Made by a program: the position numbers and the translations under genes. A DNA stretch of 64,000 bases, from contig JAJDAL010000033.1 of the NCBI GenBank assembly GCA_029261875.1, positions 143,830 through 207,829 of the forward strand. Reading direction: 5' to 3'. Origin of the DNA: Deltaproteobacteria bacterium (GTDB taxonomy: Bacteria > Myxococcota_A > UBA9160 > JAJDAL01). A model generated the notes under the pieces. The model was not told the DNA's origin. It made no database searches and saw nothing but the letters and a program-made list of their open reading frames with translations. Numbering within the stretch: the stretch's first letter is position 1; every line of letters starts with the position of its first letter. This document shows positions 18,754 through 30,491 of this stretch, piece after piece.

Positions 18754-19909
18754 TCGGCCTACTCGGACTTCCGCTCCCGCCACTTCGAATTCTACAGCGT
18801 CGGTCGACAGATCCGCGAAATCGAATCCAGACATGGAAGTCATCAGATCCAACTGACCTGCTTGAGGATGGATCGCGCTAAGAATCGCGCCGTTCTCGAT
18901 GATCCTCGTGAGAACGAGAGCATCGTCGAGATCGACAAACGGTTCGTTACCTCACTCGAACGCACAGCCAAGCCCCGAGAGCACAGAAAGCGCGCGAGCC
19001 AGTGCAGCCAGCGTGCGGGCGAATCCACTAGCGGGTTCGGACACGCTTCGCCTTACGAACTTCTCCCGCGAAATGCAGCTGGGTCGACATCGCTTCAGCA
19101 CCCAGGTCTTGTCAGTCCCGGGACGATTCCAAGGCTGTCTCTCGATTTACTTCGCAATCTCAGCAATAGACATCGGCATCGCGAGGCATCCTTCGGTTGC
19201 GAATCGTACGACAAGCAACCCATCGGTCCTGCCCGGCCAGGCGGCACGAGTGATGGACCCGGACGCAAAGTATTCGAACCGCGACGGGGTGCCATTCGAG
19301 ATGGCTCTGGTCGAGACCTCCGAACTGCCCGCCGTTGGCCTTCGGGCACCAGCGCGTCAACCCGTTGAAATCGCCCCGAATCGGGGCCCTATCCCCCTCG
19401 CCGGGTGGATGGTTGAGTGAACCGGTACTTGTCGGACGTGCCGAGAACGCAGCTTCCCTTTCCTATGCCCGACGAAAGTATTCTTCTGGATTGGCGTTGA
19501 ACATTCGAGCCGGTTCAGAGTGCTAGATCTTCCTCGGATGGCGTCAAAGGCACGGTGACATCTTCGAATCATCACGAATGCGATCGCAACGCGATCAACT
19601 TCGCAATCGTCGCATCGTTGCGAAATGGACGCATGAATCTCTCCACGTGGGAACAATCGTTCACTTCGGTGGCACGACCCGGTTTGTGACGTCCCTTCGA
19701 TGGACATTGGAGTCGAACATTGGAACAGCATCGAGCGCGCCGATCCACAAGACGGTGGTTCGAAATTCAGGACGACATTGATCTCAGCGTGCTCGACAAC
19801 CGCAACTGGAATCGACTCGATTGGGACGGAAACAACGAGTTCACTGGCGCAGCGCGTTTCGGACGCTGGGTCGTTGACCTCCCTCGGATTCATGGAATAG
19901 GAGAAAGCA

Positions 19910-21046
19910 ATGTTGAAACCTTCGCACGGAATTCTGGCGTTCGCGATGGTCGGCCTCCTCACGGGCTGTCCGGTCAATAAGACGACACTCATCGTTGGAA
20001 CGGCGAGCTTTGGCAACGAAACCGGCGGTGGCTGGTTTGAACGATTCAAAGGCCTTCCACCGGGAGACTCCAAAGGCTGGGACCGGGTTTCTGAATTCGA
20101 TCTCTATAGCGACAGCGGGGGTGGCGCTCGCCCCGTCCTGTGCAACTTCGATGACGATGGCCGAAATGAAGTTGCCATCGGGTTGGACAGCCTTCCCGGC
20201 AATGGAGGCTGGGTACAAATCCTAGACGATGAATCAACAGGCTTCGCCCATCTCGCATGGGTGCGGTACCGAACCAACACGATCTACGATTCCAACAACG
20301 GAGAAACACGACCCGCCTGCGGCGACGTCGACGGCGACGGTCGGGATGAGCTCGTGGTGGGCGGTGGCCCTGGAAGCAGCACGCTCCTGCAGATCTTCGA
20401 TGATGCCACCACGGACTTCGCGCATCTCGACTACCAACTACTGCTCACCGACATTGGGTACCTGGTTACCAACGGCGAGACACGGCCCGTGTTGTGCGAT
20501 GTAGACGGCGACAATCGGGATGAGATCGTGATGGGCCTCGGATCCTTCCATTCGGGCAAAGGCGGCCGAGTCGCCATCTTTGACGATGCGCTACGTGAAT
20601 ACAGGCTGCTCACTGAGCTGCAGACCACCTGGGGCGCTGCTCGAACAAAGGGTACGGGAACACGACCCGCCTGTGGTGATCTCGACGGCGACGGTCTGGA
20701 CGAGATCGTGATGGGCTTCGGCCCCGGCACGAAAGGCTGGCTCGAAATCTTCGACGATGCCGTCGCAGTGCATGCGCCCATCGGCTGGACTCGGGTGAGC
20801 TGGACCGACTACAACGACGCGCAAGGAGAAACCTTCCCGGCCTGCGGTGACATCGACAACGATGGTGTCGCTGAGCTGGTGATCGGCCTCGGCGCCTATC
20901 CAGAGAACGGTGGCTGGTTCGAAACCCAGGACGGCTTTGATCGCAGCGATCCCGTGCAACTGCTCGACAACCGCGATTGGGGGCGACTCGATTGGGAAGA
21001 ATACAACGAGTTCAGCGGTGCGACGTTTCCGACAGTGGGTCGTTAG
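19910..21046 (+). CDS. FG-GAP/VCBS-repeat lipoprotein
   Basis: 378 aa. AGGAGA RBS. Lipoprotein signal MLKPSHGILAFAMVGLLTGC. Five repeats of the type CNFDDDGRNEVAIG, CGDVDGDGRDELVVG, CDVDGDNRDEIVMG, CGDLDGDGLDEIVMG, CGDIDNDGVAELVIG. Confidence 0.75.
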   Translation: MLKPSHGILAFAMVGLLTGCPVNKTTLIVGTASFGNETGGGWFERFKGLPPGDSKGWDRVSEFDLYSDSGGGARPVLCNFDDDGRNEVAIGLDSLPGNGGWVQILDDESTGFAHLAWVRYRTNTIYDSNNGETRPACGDVDGDGRDELVVGGGPGSSTLLQIFDDATTDFAHLDYQLLLTDIGYLVTNGETRPVLCDVDGDNRDEIVMGLGSFHSGKGGRVAIFDDALREYRLLTELQTTWGAARTKGTGTRPACGDLDGDGLDEIVMGFGPGTKGWLEIFDDAVAVHAPIGWTRVSWTDYNDAQGETFPACGDIDNDGVAELVIGLGAYPENGGWFETQDGFDRSDPVQLLDNRDWGRLDWEEYNEFSGATFPTVGR

Positions 21047-21132
21047 GCAAGGGGGCTGCTGGCGAGCGGCATACGTGGCCGATGCCGGCAGCCCCTAACC
21101 AGGAGTCTCCTGGAGACAGATCGGATGCTGCA

Positions 21133-22398
21133 ATGAAATCGTGGTGGCTGCTTATCCTACTTCTTTCGCTGGTTGCGATTCCTGCTGTCGCTGCCGAGCC
21201 CGCGCAGATCGGAAGCCTGGCGCTTCGCGACCTGCGCGCGCCGTCGGCCATCGAGCTGTCGACGGACGGCGCCACCCTGTACCTGGGCACGGTGCGAAGT
21301 CGAAAGCCTGAGCTCTACGTCATCGACGCGTCAATCCCGGAAGCGCCTGTGATCGCGGATCTCGTGGAAGTTGGAGCCCGTGTCCATGACATCGTGCTCG
21401 GCAATGGTCGGATCTATCTCGCGACAGGACACCCCGCGACGGAGCTCCTGATCCTGGATGCCGGAACCCATGCGGAGGCCGGCCGCTACGACCTGCCTGG
21501 ACGGCGCGCTGCGCGTTCGCTCGAGCTTCTGGAGAATGGCAACCTCCGAGTCGGCCGGAAACGCGGACAGGGCGCGCAGTATTTCGAGATCGACGTCCGC
21601 GATCCCCATCTTCCCGTGCTGATCGGTACCTCGAACTCCCCCAATCGCATCCCACGGCCCACTCGCGCCAGCGCGCCTCCTTCCTATCGCGAGGCTGGGC
21701 TGGTGCGAGCACGCCAGGATTTCCCCATTCCCTTCGGAACGCGCTTCTTCCTGGTCAGTCGGGTTCGCGGGCGCGGGTTGCTCCAGGTCGTCGAGCAAAT
21801 CGCGCCGGTGCGATTCCTCGACGCCAACGGCGACGGCCGTTTCGTGCTCGGATGCTTGGGAGATTCCAATACCGTCGCCAGCCCCTCATTCAAGAGGTGG
21901 TGCGACCGCCTGAAAGAGCGGGTCAACGACAGCCAATTCCGCATCCACAACATCGCGGTCTCCGGCGCAACCGCCAACTCGAATCTCAACCCGGCCCAGC
22001 CGGGCAACGATTTGCCCAATCAGATGGCGGAGATCCCCTCGCTTCGACCCGCGCTGGACGCCGTGGTGATGAGCTTTGGCACCAACGACATCTTTCAGGG
22101 GCGGCCGCCGGAGACGGTGGTGGACGCGTATCTCGCAGCCGCCGAGCTGGCCGAGGCGAGAGGTCTCGCGGTCTATGTCACCACCACGCCACCGCTACGG
22201 GGATGTCTGGATGCCGGATGTCCCGGGGCGGAGGCACAGAATGCGCTGATCCGTACGGCGTTCCCCGGGCAGTTCATCGAATTCTACGACGGCATCCACG
22301 AAGCGCAGTTTGCCGACGGCATTCATTTCAACGCCGACGGACAGATGCTTCGGATGCAACGGGCCTTTGACATGATCGCCGTCGAGGAGGCGGACTGA
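21133..22398 (+). CDS. exported protein: beta-propeller-like N-terminal half plus SGNH/GDSL hydrolase domain
   Basis: ATG 21133 gives the signal peptide MKSWWLLILLLSLVAIPAVAAEP; the track ORF starts upstream at 20977, inside the previous gene. LVIVD-like strands (ELYVIDASIPEAPV, ELLILDAGTH). SGNH blocks: LGCLGDSNT (I), SFGTNDI (III), DGIHFNADG (V). Confidence 0.7.
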   Translation: MKSWWLLILLLSLVAIPAVAAEPAQIGSLALRDLRAPSAIELSTDGATLYLGTVRSRKPELYVIDASIPEAPVIADLVEVGARVHDIVLGNGRIYLATGHPATELLILDAGTHAEAGRYDLPGRRAARSLELLENGNLRVGRKRGQGAQYFEIDVRDPHLPVLIGTSNSPNRIPRPTRASAPPSYREAGLVRARQDFPIPFGTRFFLVSRVRGRGLLQVVEQIAPVRFLDANGDGRFVLGCLGDSNTVASPSFKRWCDRLKERVNDSQFRIHNIAVSGATANSNLNPAQPGNDLPNQMAEIPSLRPALDAVVMSFGTNDIFQGRPPETVVDAYLAAAELAEARGLAVYVTTTPPLRGCLDAGCPGAEAQNALIRTAFPGQFIEFYDGIHEAQFADGIHFNADGQMLRMQRAFDMIAVEEAD

Positions 22399-25300
22399 TG
22401 ACCGCACTGAATCGGATCCCGGTGGCCGCCCTCGCGGGAGTACTTCTTGTCTTCGCCGCCCCTGCCTCGGCAGGGATCGACAAGGAAAACCTCGTCGCCA
22501 TCATCAGCCCCGCGACCGTCACGCCGGCCGTCGAGCTCCCCATCGAGCCCGGCGAGACCTCGACCCAGGTGCTCCTGGAGGTTCGATTCGGTGAGTTGCC
22601 CGACGGGACGGGCGCAGATCCGGATACCTTCAAGCCGCGCTTCACCGGAATCAAGTCGAAGCTTCTGCTCCCGATATTCGAGGACGTGACCGACTCGGAC
22701 GGTCGCCTCGTCGGAAAACGGGCTGTCGTCGACATCCCCTACGTGAGCGACAGGAAGAACTACAGATTCTCCGCGCGGGTGAAGTCGAAGCCCTATCAGA
22801 GCGATTCCGGACGCTTCCGCACCACCAGCGATACGGACCGCGCGCGGCTGCGGCTGCGGCGCAATACGCCGCCAGTGATCGCGAACCTGCGCCTCGGCGG
22901 AGAAACACTCGAGAACGCCGACGGCTCCTGGCGAGTCAATCCGGGGCAGGGGATCACCGTGGAAGCCGACCTCTCGGATCCCGATGGCGATCGGGTGGTC
23001 CATTACAGTGTCGACTTCGGAGACAATGCCTCCGCCGAACGCACCAGCTCAGCTGGCTTCGGCCATGTGAGCGAGCCGCACACCTATCAGGGAACCGCGA
23101 GCAGCTACCGGATCTTCATCACGGCCTCCGACGGGGTCACGTCGACGAGCGCAGAGCTGAACCTGGCGTTGAACAGTGCCCCAGTGCCGGTTCTGCGGAT
23201 TCTCCCCGAGGAAGGCACCTTCCTCTACCCCGTGCTCTTCGATGCGCTCGACAGCGTCGACTCCGACGGCGATGCGCTCCGCTACGAGTTCGATTTCGGG
23301 GACGGCACAACACCCACGATCGGTAGCGAGCCCCGCGTCGAGCACATCTATCCCCGGCCCGGCAAGACCAAGGTGGTCTATCCGGTGCGAGTCACCGCTC
23401 GCGATTCCCTCGGTCTCTCCGCCTCGGTCCAACGCGAACTGGTGGTCAAGCGGGCGCTTACCGGGGAGACTCTGCTGCAGCTGGCTGCGCCACTCGGGCG
23501 CGAGACCGTTCAAGTGGGCGACCACCTGCCGGTTCGCGTCGAGGTCGGACGGGCCAGCAGCGGTGCTCTCATCGACCTCTCGAGCTTCGATGCCGCACTC
23601 AATGGCGTCGATGTCACCAGCCACTTCACTCCGGTTCTGGATCCGGAACGGGGCGGTGAGATCCTGCGTCTCGAGGGCGCGATCCCCCTCGAGCTCGTCG
23701 CTCAGGCAGGCAACAACAGCATCCGGGCGACAGCCCGCAGCCTGCCCTTCCTCAAGGTGGGGCAGACCACACCGACGACGCTCGTCGATACCGACTGGTC
23801 GCGGTATTTCCGTGTCAGCACAAACGCTCGGCCGACAGCAACTTTCACCGCCTCCCCGGGTGCACCGCTGGAGGGCGACACCGTCTCCTTCGACGCATCT
23901 GCCAGCTCTGATCCAGAGGGTGCGCCGCTCCTTTTCCGCTGGGACTTCGGAGACGGCACCCCCCTCACGACCACCGCCGCCGTCGTGACCCATGTCTACG
24001 AGAACGAAGGCATCTACCTCGTCGAGCTGACGGTATACGACGGGGTGTGGGAAGTTGTCGCGGCCCCGTTGAGTATTCCGGTGGTGCCCGAGACCGGGCC
24101 GCCGGGCGATCCGCTGCTGGAGATCTCGCCGGACAGCGCAACGGGCCTGGACTTCGGCGCGATCAATCTCGACAACGCCTTCCCTCCGTTCTTTCAGTCG
24201 GCCCGTGAGCGCATCGTCGAGATCCGGAACGCCGGTCAGGGACTGCTCTCTGTCGACTCGATCTCGCTATCGGATCCGAATGGAGTGTTTCGGATCACTT
24301 CGCCCGCGGTGCCATCGCTCCAGGCGGGCGAGAGCCACTTCCTGTCGGTGGAGTTTCGCCCGACGACTCGCTCCGCGGGCAGCCACTCGGCCGGCATCGA
24401 GATCCGGAGCAACGGCGGAAACGCCCAGCTGAGCCTCAGCGGCGTCGGGACTCTCGATCAGGTCGAGTACTCCGACATGCTGACCGCCTTCGATGTCGAT
24501 CCCGGCCCCCCTTCGGCGGTGATTGCGGACTTCGGACTCAGCTTCGGGCGCAAGACCAGGAGATGGAACCAACTGGGCAACCAGGCGCGGCTCGAAGTAT
24601 TGCCCTCCGGTCCCTGGCCCTTCGGTCGCGTGGTGGGCGTCGAGATCGTCGGCCAAGATGCCGGGGCGTTCGGAGCCAGCCTGAACCAGACCCTCTTCGG
24701 CTTCACGCCCGGTGTCTCCCACATTTTTCCGGCCGAGTTCGACCCGCCGAATCCGCACATCGAAATATCTTTCGAGCCGGGCGAGGTCGAGAGCAGCCGG
24801 CGCTTCTCAGCGGTCATGAACGTTCATTGGCAGCACCCCATCGCGCCCTTCGTCTTCGGCTGGGTCGACGGGGAGCCGATCCAGGTGGGGCTCATGGGAG
24901 TGGCGTCGAGGGCCGGACAGGTCGCCTTCTCGGCACCGCCAATGGAGTTCCAGCGCATCGCACAGGGGCAGAGTACGGACCAGCTGGGCTCCGCCCGATC
25001 GGGGCTGGTCCCGGCCCGAATCAAAGCCACCTATCTCGCCGGAAGCGAGACCGTGACGGGCTCGGTCGAGATCACCCCGATCCATCCGCCGGGTCACTCG
25101 GCGTTCACGGTCACATCCCCCAGCTGGACCCTCGACCCCGACCAGCTGGACCCGAGCAACCCTTCGATCTTCATCCCGGTCGAGTTTCACTCGAGCACCT
25201 CCGGCCACTATTCGGCGGTCCTCAGCATGCAGCCCAACGCCGCTCACATCCCGGCCCGCAAGTTCCTGCTCCACGGCTACGTCAAGGGCGACAACTCGAT

Positions 25301-26405
25301 CGGTGTCCTCGGCAGTCCGGAGACCCTCTACTTCGTCGACGACGAGTACTTCAGCGGCTTCAGCAATGATGGCGATTTCAGCACTCGGGTGATCGGGCTG
25401 TCGGCATCCGGCGGCGTGGCCAACAACGGTCGGGGGCATGCCGACCTCGCCGTCATCGACGACCCGTTCAGCTCGCCTTCCCTCGAAGCCGGAACCGACC
25501 AGTGGATCGAGGAGCCGAGCGACGTGGTCGTTGTGAACGACACCGTCTACGCGATCGATTCGGAGGTCTTCGAGCACTCGTCCTGCGTCCCCGAGCTCAC
25601 CGACCACGCCTGCGATCGCATCGCCGCCGGCGGAATCGGAACCGGTGCAATCGTCGAGGACGACCGGTTCCTCGGGGGTCTCGAAGCGAGCTCCGGCGAC
25701 GCGGATCTCGTGTACGACGGAGAGAGCCTTCTCGAACTCGACGCCACTTCCGACGGCCGGCTCTTCTTTACCGAATCCCAGAGCTCTTCGGGCGCCGCGA
25801 TCGGAACCCGGTTGCGCTGGCACGACACCCAGAGCGGTGCGACCGGGGCCCTCAGCGACGATCTGATGGCCAGCGTCGGCGCTCCCGCCGGCTCGGTCCT
25901 CGAGGAGCTGCGGGCCATCCGCAATGGGACGAACTACCGACTCTTCGCCATTCTGGAGGACGGCGCGCTCTACGAGCTGGACGTTGCAGGTTCGACGATG
26001 ACGATCAGTGCCACCGCGGTCCTGGCCCCATCGACGCCCCCGGATGCCACCCTGGTCATCGATGCCGATGGCAACTGGATCACCGTCCTGGGCGATGGAA
26101 GCTTCATCGATGTGTGCCGCGAGAGCTTACACGCGGGGGCTTCTTCGCGGACCTGCATCGGCCACGCGGAACTCCCCGCGGAAGATCTCGCGCTTTCCGT
26201 GAAGCTGGACAAGCACGGGAACGTCTTCGTCGAGACCCAGCTTGGTGTCGTGAAGTTCGCTCCCGCCGGACCCGGCAGTCTCCGCTTTGAAGGGTACGTC
26301 CTGGCCGGCGCGAACTACCAGAGCGACAAGTTGCGGGGCGACGATCCCGAGGACACCACCGCCGACATCGACATCGACTTCACGCGCACCTGGTTCGAGA
26401 AGTGA
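22398..26405 (+). CDS. large exported PKD-domain protein with ASH/HYDIN-like beta-sandwich segments
   Basis: 1335 aa. The ATG overlaps the upstream stop (TGATG). Signal peptide ...LLVFAAPASAG. Three PKD signatures: VHYSVDFGDNAS, YEFDFGDGTTP, FRWDFGDGTPL. A later segment (LDFGAINLDN...VEIRNAGQGLLSVDSISLSDPNGVFRITSP) resembles choice-of-anchor-D/ASH domains. Confidence 0.8.
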   Translation: MTALNRIPVAALAGVLLVFAAPASAGIDKENLVAIISPATVTPAVELPIEPGETSTQVLLEVRFGELPDGTGADPDTFKPRFTGIKSKLLLPIFEDVTDSDGRLVGKRAVVDIPYVSDRKNYRFSARVKSKPYQSDSGRFRTTSDTDRARLRLRRNTPPVIANLRLGGETLENADGSWRVNPGQGITVEADLSDPDGDRVVHYSVDFGDNASAERTSSAGFGHVSEPHTYQGTASSYRIFITASDGVTSTSAELNLALNSAPVPVLRILPEEGTFLYPVLFDALDSVDSDGDALRYEFDFGDGTTPTIGSEPRVEHIYPRPGKTKVVYPVRVTARDSLGLSASVQRELVVKRALTGETLLQLAAPLGRETVQVGDHLPVRVEVGRASSGALIDLSSFDAALNGVDVTSHFTPVLDPERGGEILRLEGAIPLELVAQAGNNSIRATARSLPFLKVGQTTPTTLVDTDWSRYFRVSTNARPTATFTASPGAPLEGDTVSFDASASSDPEGAPLLFRWDFGDGTPLTTTAAVVTHVYENEGIYLVELTVYDGVWEVVAAPLSIPVVPETGPPGDPLLEISPDSATGLDFGAINLDNAFPPFFQSARERIVEIRNAGQGLLSVDSISLSDPNGVFRITSPAVPSLQAGESHFLSVEFRPTTRSAGSHSAGIEIRSNGGNAQLSLSGVGTLDQVEYSDMLTAFDVDPGPPSAVIADFGLSFGRKTRRWNQLGNQARLEVLPSGPWPFGRVVGVEIVGQDAGAFGASLNQTLFGFTPGVSHIFPAEFDPPNPHIEISFEPGEVESSRRFSAVMNVHWQHPIAPFVFGWVDGEPIQVGLMGVASRAGQVAFSAPPMEFQRIAQGQSTDQLGSARSGLVPARIKATYLAGSETVTGSVEITPIHPPGHSAFTVTSPSWTLDPDQLDPSNPSIFIPVEFHSSTSGHYSAVLSMQPNAAHIPARKFLLHGYVKGDNSIGVLGSPETLYFVDDEYFSGFSNDGDFSTRVIGLSASGGVANNGRGHADLAVIDDPFSSPSLEAGTDQWIEEPSDVVVVNDTVYAIDSEVFEHSSCVPELTDHACDRIAAGGIGTGAIVEDDRFLGGLEASSGDADLVYDGESLLELDATSDGRLFFTESQSSSGAAIGTRLRWHDTQSGATGALSDDLMASVGAPAGSVLEELRAIRNGTNYRLFAILEDGALYELDVAGSTMTISATAVLAPSTPPDATLVIDADGNWITVLGDGSFIDVCRESLHAGASSRTCIGHAELPAEDLALSVKLDKHGNVFVETQLGVVKFAPAGPGSLRFEGYVLAGANYQSDKLRGDDPEDTTADIDIDFTRTWFEK

Positions 26406-26516
26406 ACCCTCGCGCCGATCGAGGAGAAGGGAATATGCGTGAGCACGGACTTCACCGCCCTTCTAACCGCTCTGGAAACGCGTCGACAACCTATTGGAAA
26501 GAACGAAAATGGTGGA

Positions 26517-26539
26517 GTGAGCGAAATCGCGCTGCTCAC
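26517..26539 (-). terminator. possible intrinsic terminator of ssrA
   Basis: Reverse strand: GTGAGC-AGCGCGATTTC-GCTCAC (6-bp stem, 11-nt loop) followed by TCCACCATTTTCGTTCTTTCC, about 35 nt downstream of the tmRNA 3' end. The stem is short and the loop large. Confidence 0.3.
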
Positions 26540-26573
26540 GATTCCCCACCCTTTCTTAGCGCTATCGCTGAGA

Positions 26574-26937
26574 TGGTGGAGGCGGCGGGAATCGAACCCG
26601 CGTCCGAATGAGCTCTAGTGACCGCGTCTACGTGTGTAGCTCCCGATTAAATTTCGGTGGGGCCTTGGCTCGGGAACGGGGCCAGCACCCACCTAGCATC
26701 GAATAATCTCACCTCCGACGACGACGGTGCCACGGTCCGGAGGCCAGCCTTCTTTTGGCGTTCGCGATCCCCTAGAAGGCGTCGAGGACGAACGTCACTA
26801 ACCTAGTTTCAGCTAGGCAGCGATTGCGTAGTTATCGTCGGCAGTTATCACTACCAAGTGCCACCTGTTTAACGACGGAATGACAAAGTCGACACGCAGC
26901 GTCCACCTTCGACCACCCGTCGAAGCCGATCGCCCCC
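26574..26937 (-). ncRNA. ssrA: tmRNA (SsrA), one-piece; tag reading frame encodes ADDNYAIAA-stop
   Basis: The reverse strand begins GGGGGCGAUCGGCUUCGACGGG and ends UUCGGACGCGGGUUCGAUUCCCGCCGCCUCCACCA. Both ends closely match the conserved ends of E. coli tmRNA. The acceptor stem has the G3:U Ala identity pair. Tag ORF GCC GAC GAU AAC UAC GCA AUC GCU GCC UAG lies at complement(26813..26842). Confidence 0.95.
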
Positions 26938-27165
26938 AAACCCACAAAGCCTAATCCCCCCAGCGCCGAGCGCCAGTCCCCGGACGACGACCCACCTGGG
27001 GATAGTCCGGGCCGTGGGCCGAACCCGAGGGACCGTAAGGTACCGGCGGAAAACCAGGGACTTTCTTCGGAAAAACCTGTCCAAAAGCGACGGATTCTCG
27101 GCACCGCCTGGAAGGGGTTTCGGTCACTCCGTAGAATGGCCTTTGGACTTTCGGGAGACCCGAGC

Positions 27166-27954
27166 ATGCAATCGACGCTTCGACAATTCGCCCAAGCGGG
27201 ATTCCTCGCGCTTGCAACCTGCGTTCTCTGCGTCGTCAACGGGAGCGCCCAGGAACCCGCGCAAAGTGGGGCAGCCGACCTGATTCGCGCGCTGGGCGCG
27301 CGGATCACCCCCTATTACGAGAATCAGAACATGCAGGGAGTTCGGCTGACGCAGGTCGAGCCCCACGGCCGACTTTCCCAGATGAGTTTTGTCGAAGGCG
27401 AGATCATCCTCGAGCTGGACGGGAAGCCCCTCGATAGCCCGAGCGCGACCGCCACGATGTTGAAGAGAATGGCGCGCGGCGAAGGGATGGAATTCCTGGT
27501 ACGCCGGCCCGACGGACAGCTTCGGAAAATGCGCGTCACCGAAACCCGCAGCGCCGGAGGCGGCGTGACTTCGTTCGCGGTCGAACACTACGAGGTTGGC
27601 CCGAAAGTGTTCCGGTCCCCACGCCCGGTCGCCTCACCGCCACCGCTGGTCGAACCCGAACCGGAAGTGGAAGTGGAACCGGAGCCCGAAGACCGCAGGA
27701 AGTTCATCTCGGTCTACGAGAACGACAAAGTCATCGGCGCCCGCTTCGAAGACCCCGACGGCCTCGGCCCTACCCTTCCCGGACTCCGCCCGGGAGACGT
27801 CGTAACCGAATTCGATGGCCGCATCGTGGACAACGAGGAAGACGTCGCCGCACTCTCCGAAGCGATCGGGCGCGGCTCCAACGTCGAACTGATCTTCCGC
27901 GATGGCTCGGGGTTCGAAGCGCTCTCGTCGCTCTCCTTCGCAGACTCCCCCTAG
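27166..27954 (+). CDS. exported protein with two PDZ-like domains
   Basis: ATG 27166 with GGGAGA 8 nt upstream. Signal peptide MQSTLRQFAQAGFLALATCVLCVVNGSAQEP. PDZ-like segments GVRLTQVEPHGRLSQMSFVEGEIILELDGKPLDS and LPGLRPGDVVTEFDGRIVDNEEDVAALSEAI, separated by a Pro/Glu-rich linker. Confidence 0.6.
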   Translation: MQSTLRQFAQAGFLALATCVLCVVNGSAQEPAQSGAADLIRALGARITPYYENQNMQGVRLTQVEPHGRLSQMSFVEGEIILELDGKPLDSPSATATMLKRMARGEGMEFLVRRPDGQLRKMRVTETRSAGGGVTSFAVEHYEVGPKVFRSPRPVASPPPLVEPEPEVEVEPEPEDRRKFISVYENDKVIGARFEDPDGLGPTLPGLRPGDVVTEFDGRIVDNEEDVAALSEAIGRGSNVELIFRDGSGFEALSSLSFADSP

Positions 27955-28142
27955 CCTACGGCTCCCCGCCCAAAAGGTTCCGTCGTGTCCGCGACGTATC
28001 GCGCCTTGGGTGGGATGAAATCCAGAGTGATATCAAGCGGTTCCCACCGCGCCCCGGAAGTGACCCCAATTCAGTGGGAAGCGACGCTGGGCCGAGCTGG
28101 AGAAAGCCGCCCAGTCTGTTAGAAAGTCCGCCTGCTGTGTGA

Positions 28143-30401
<2,259 letters not shown>

Positions 30402-30491
30402 CCGGAAGCAGCACAACCCCAACGCGAATCACGAATCGAAAAAGCTGAATTCGCGTTTTCCGGTTGCCTCGAGCGAGGCGGAGCCGTTGCG

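Noticed and set aside
18729-18810. Possible tRNA gene on the minus strand starting at the GGAATCGAACCC box
   Set aside because: The T-arm can form, with one G-U pair. No anticodon stem (TACTC/CGCTC and neighbouring registers fail), D-arm or 5' acceptor strand can be paired. It is interpreted as a partial copy of the ssrA 3' end.
18754-19909. Search for an integrase or recombinase remnant next to the att-like repeat
   Set aside because: I read the listed ORFs and two additional reverse frames. No R..HxxR..Y-type or other recombinase motif was seen. A sensitive translated search could still find fragments.
19357-20073. 238-aa reverse ORF overlapping the FG-GAP lipoprotein start
   Set aside because: No recognisable motif. 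It overlaps the well-supported start (RBS + lipobox) of the FG-GAP gene. Likely spurious.
26402-26611. 69-aa ORF between the PKD gene and ssrA
   Set aside because: Its 3' end runs into the tmRNA gene, it has no RBS or motif, and it is composed of the ssrA terminator region.
30466-30479. GCCTCG-AG-CGAGGC hairpin, and a CGCGAAT...ATTCGCG pair (about 30422-30453), as a bidirectional terminator between icd and the LamG gene
   Set aside because: The first has a 2-nt loop, which is sterically poor, and no U-tract. The second has a 7-bp stem with an 18-nt loop and only TTTT after it. Too weak to call.
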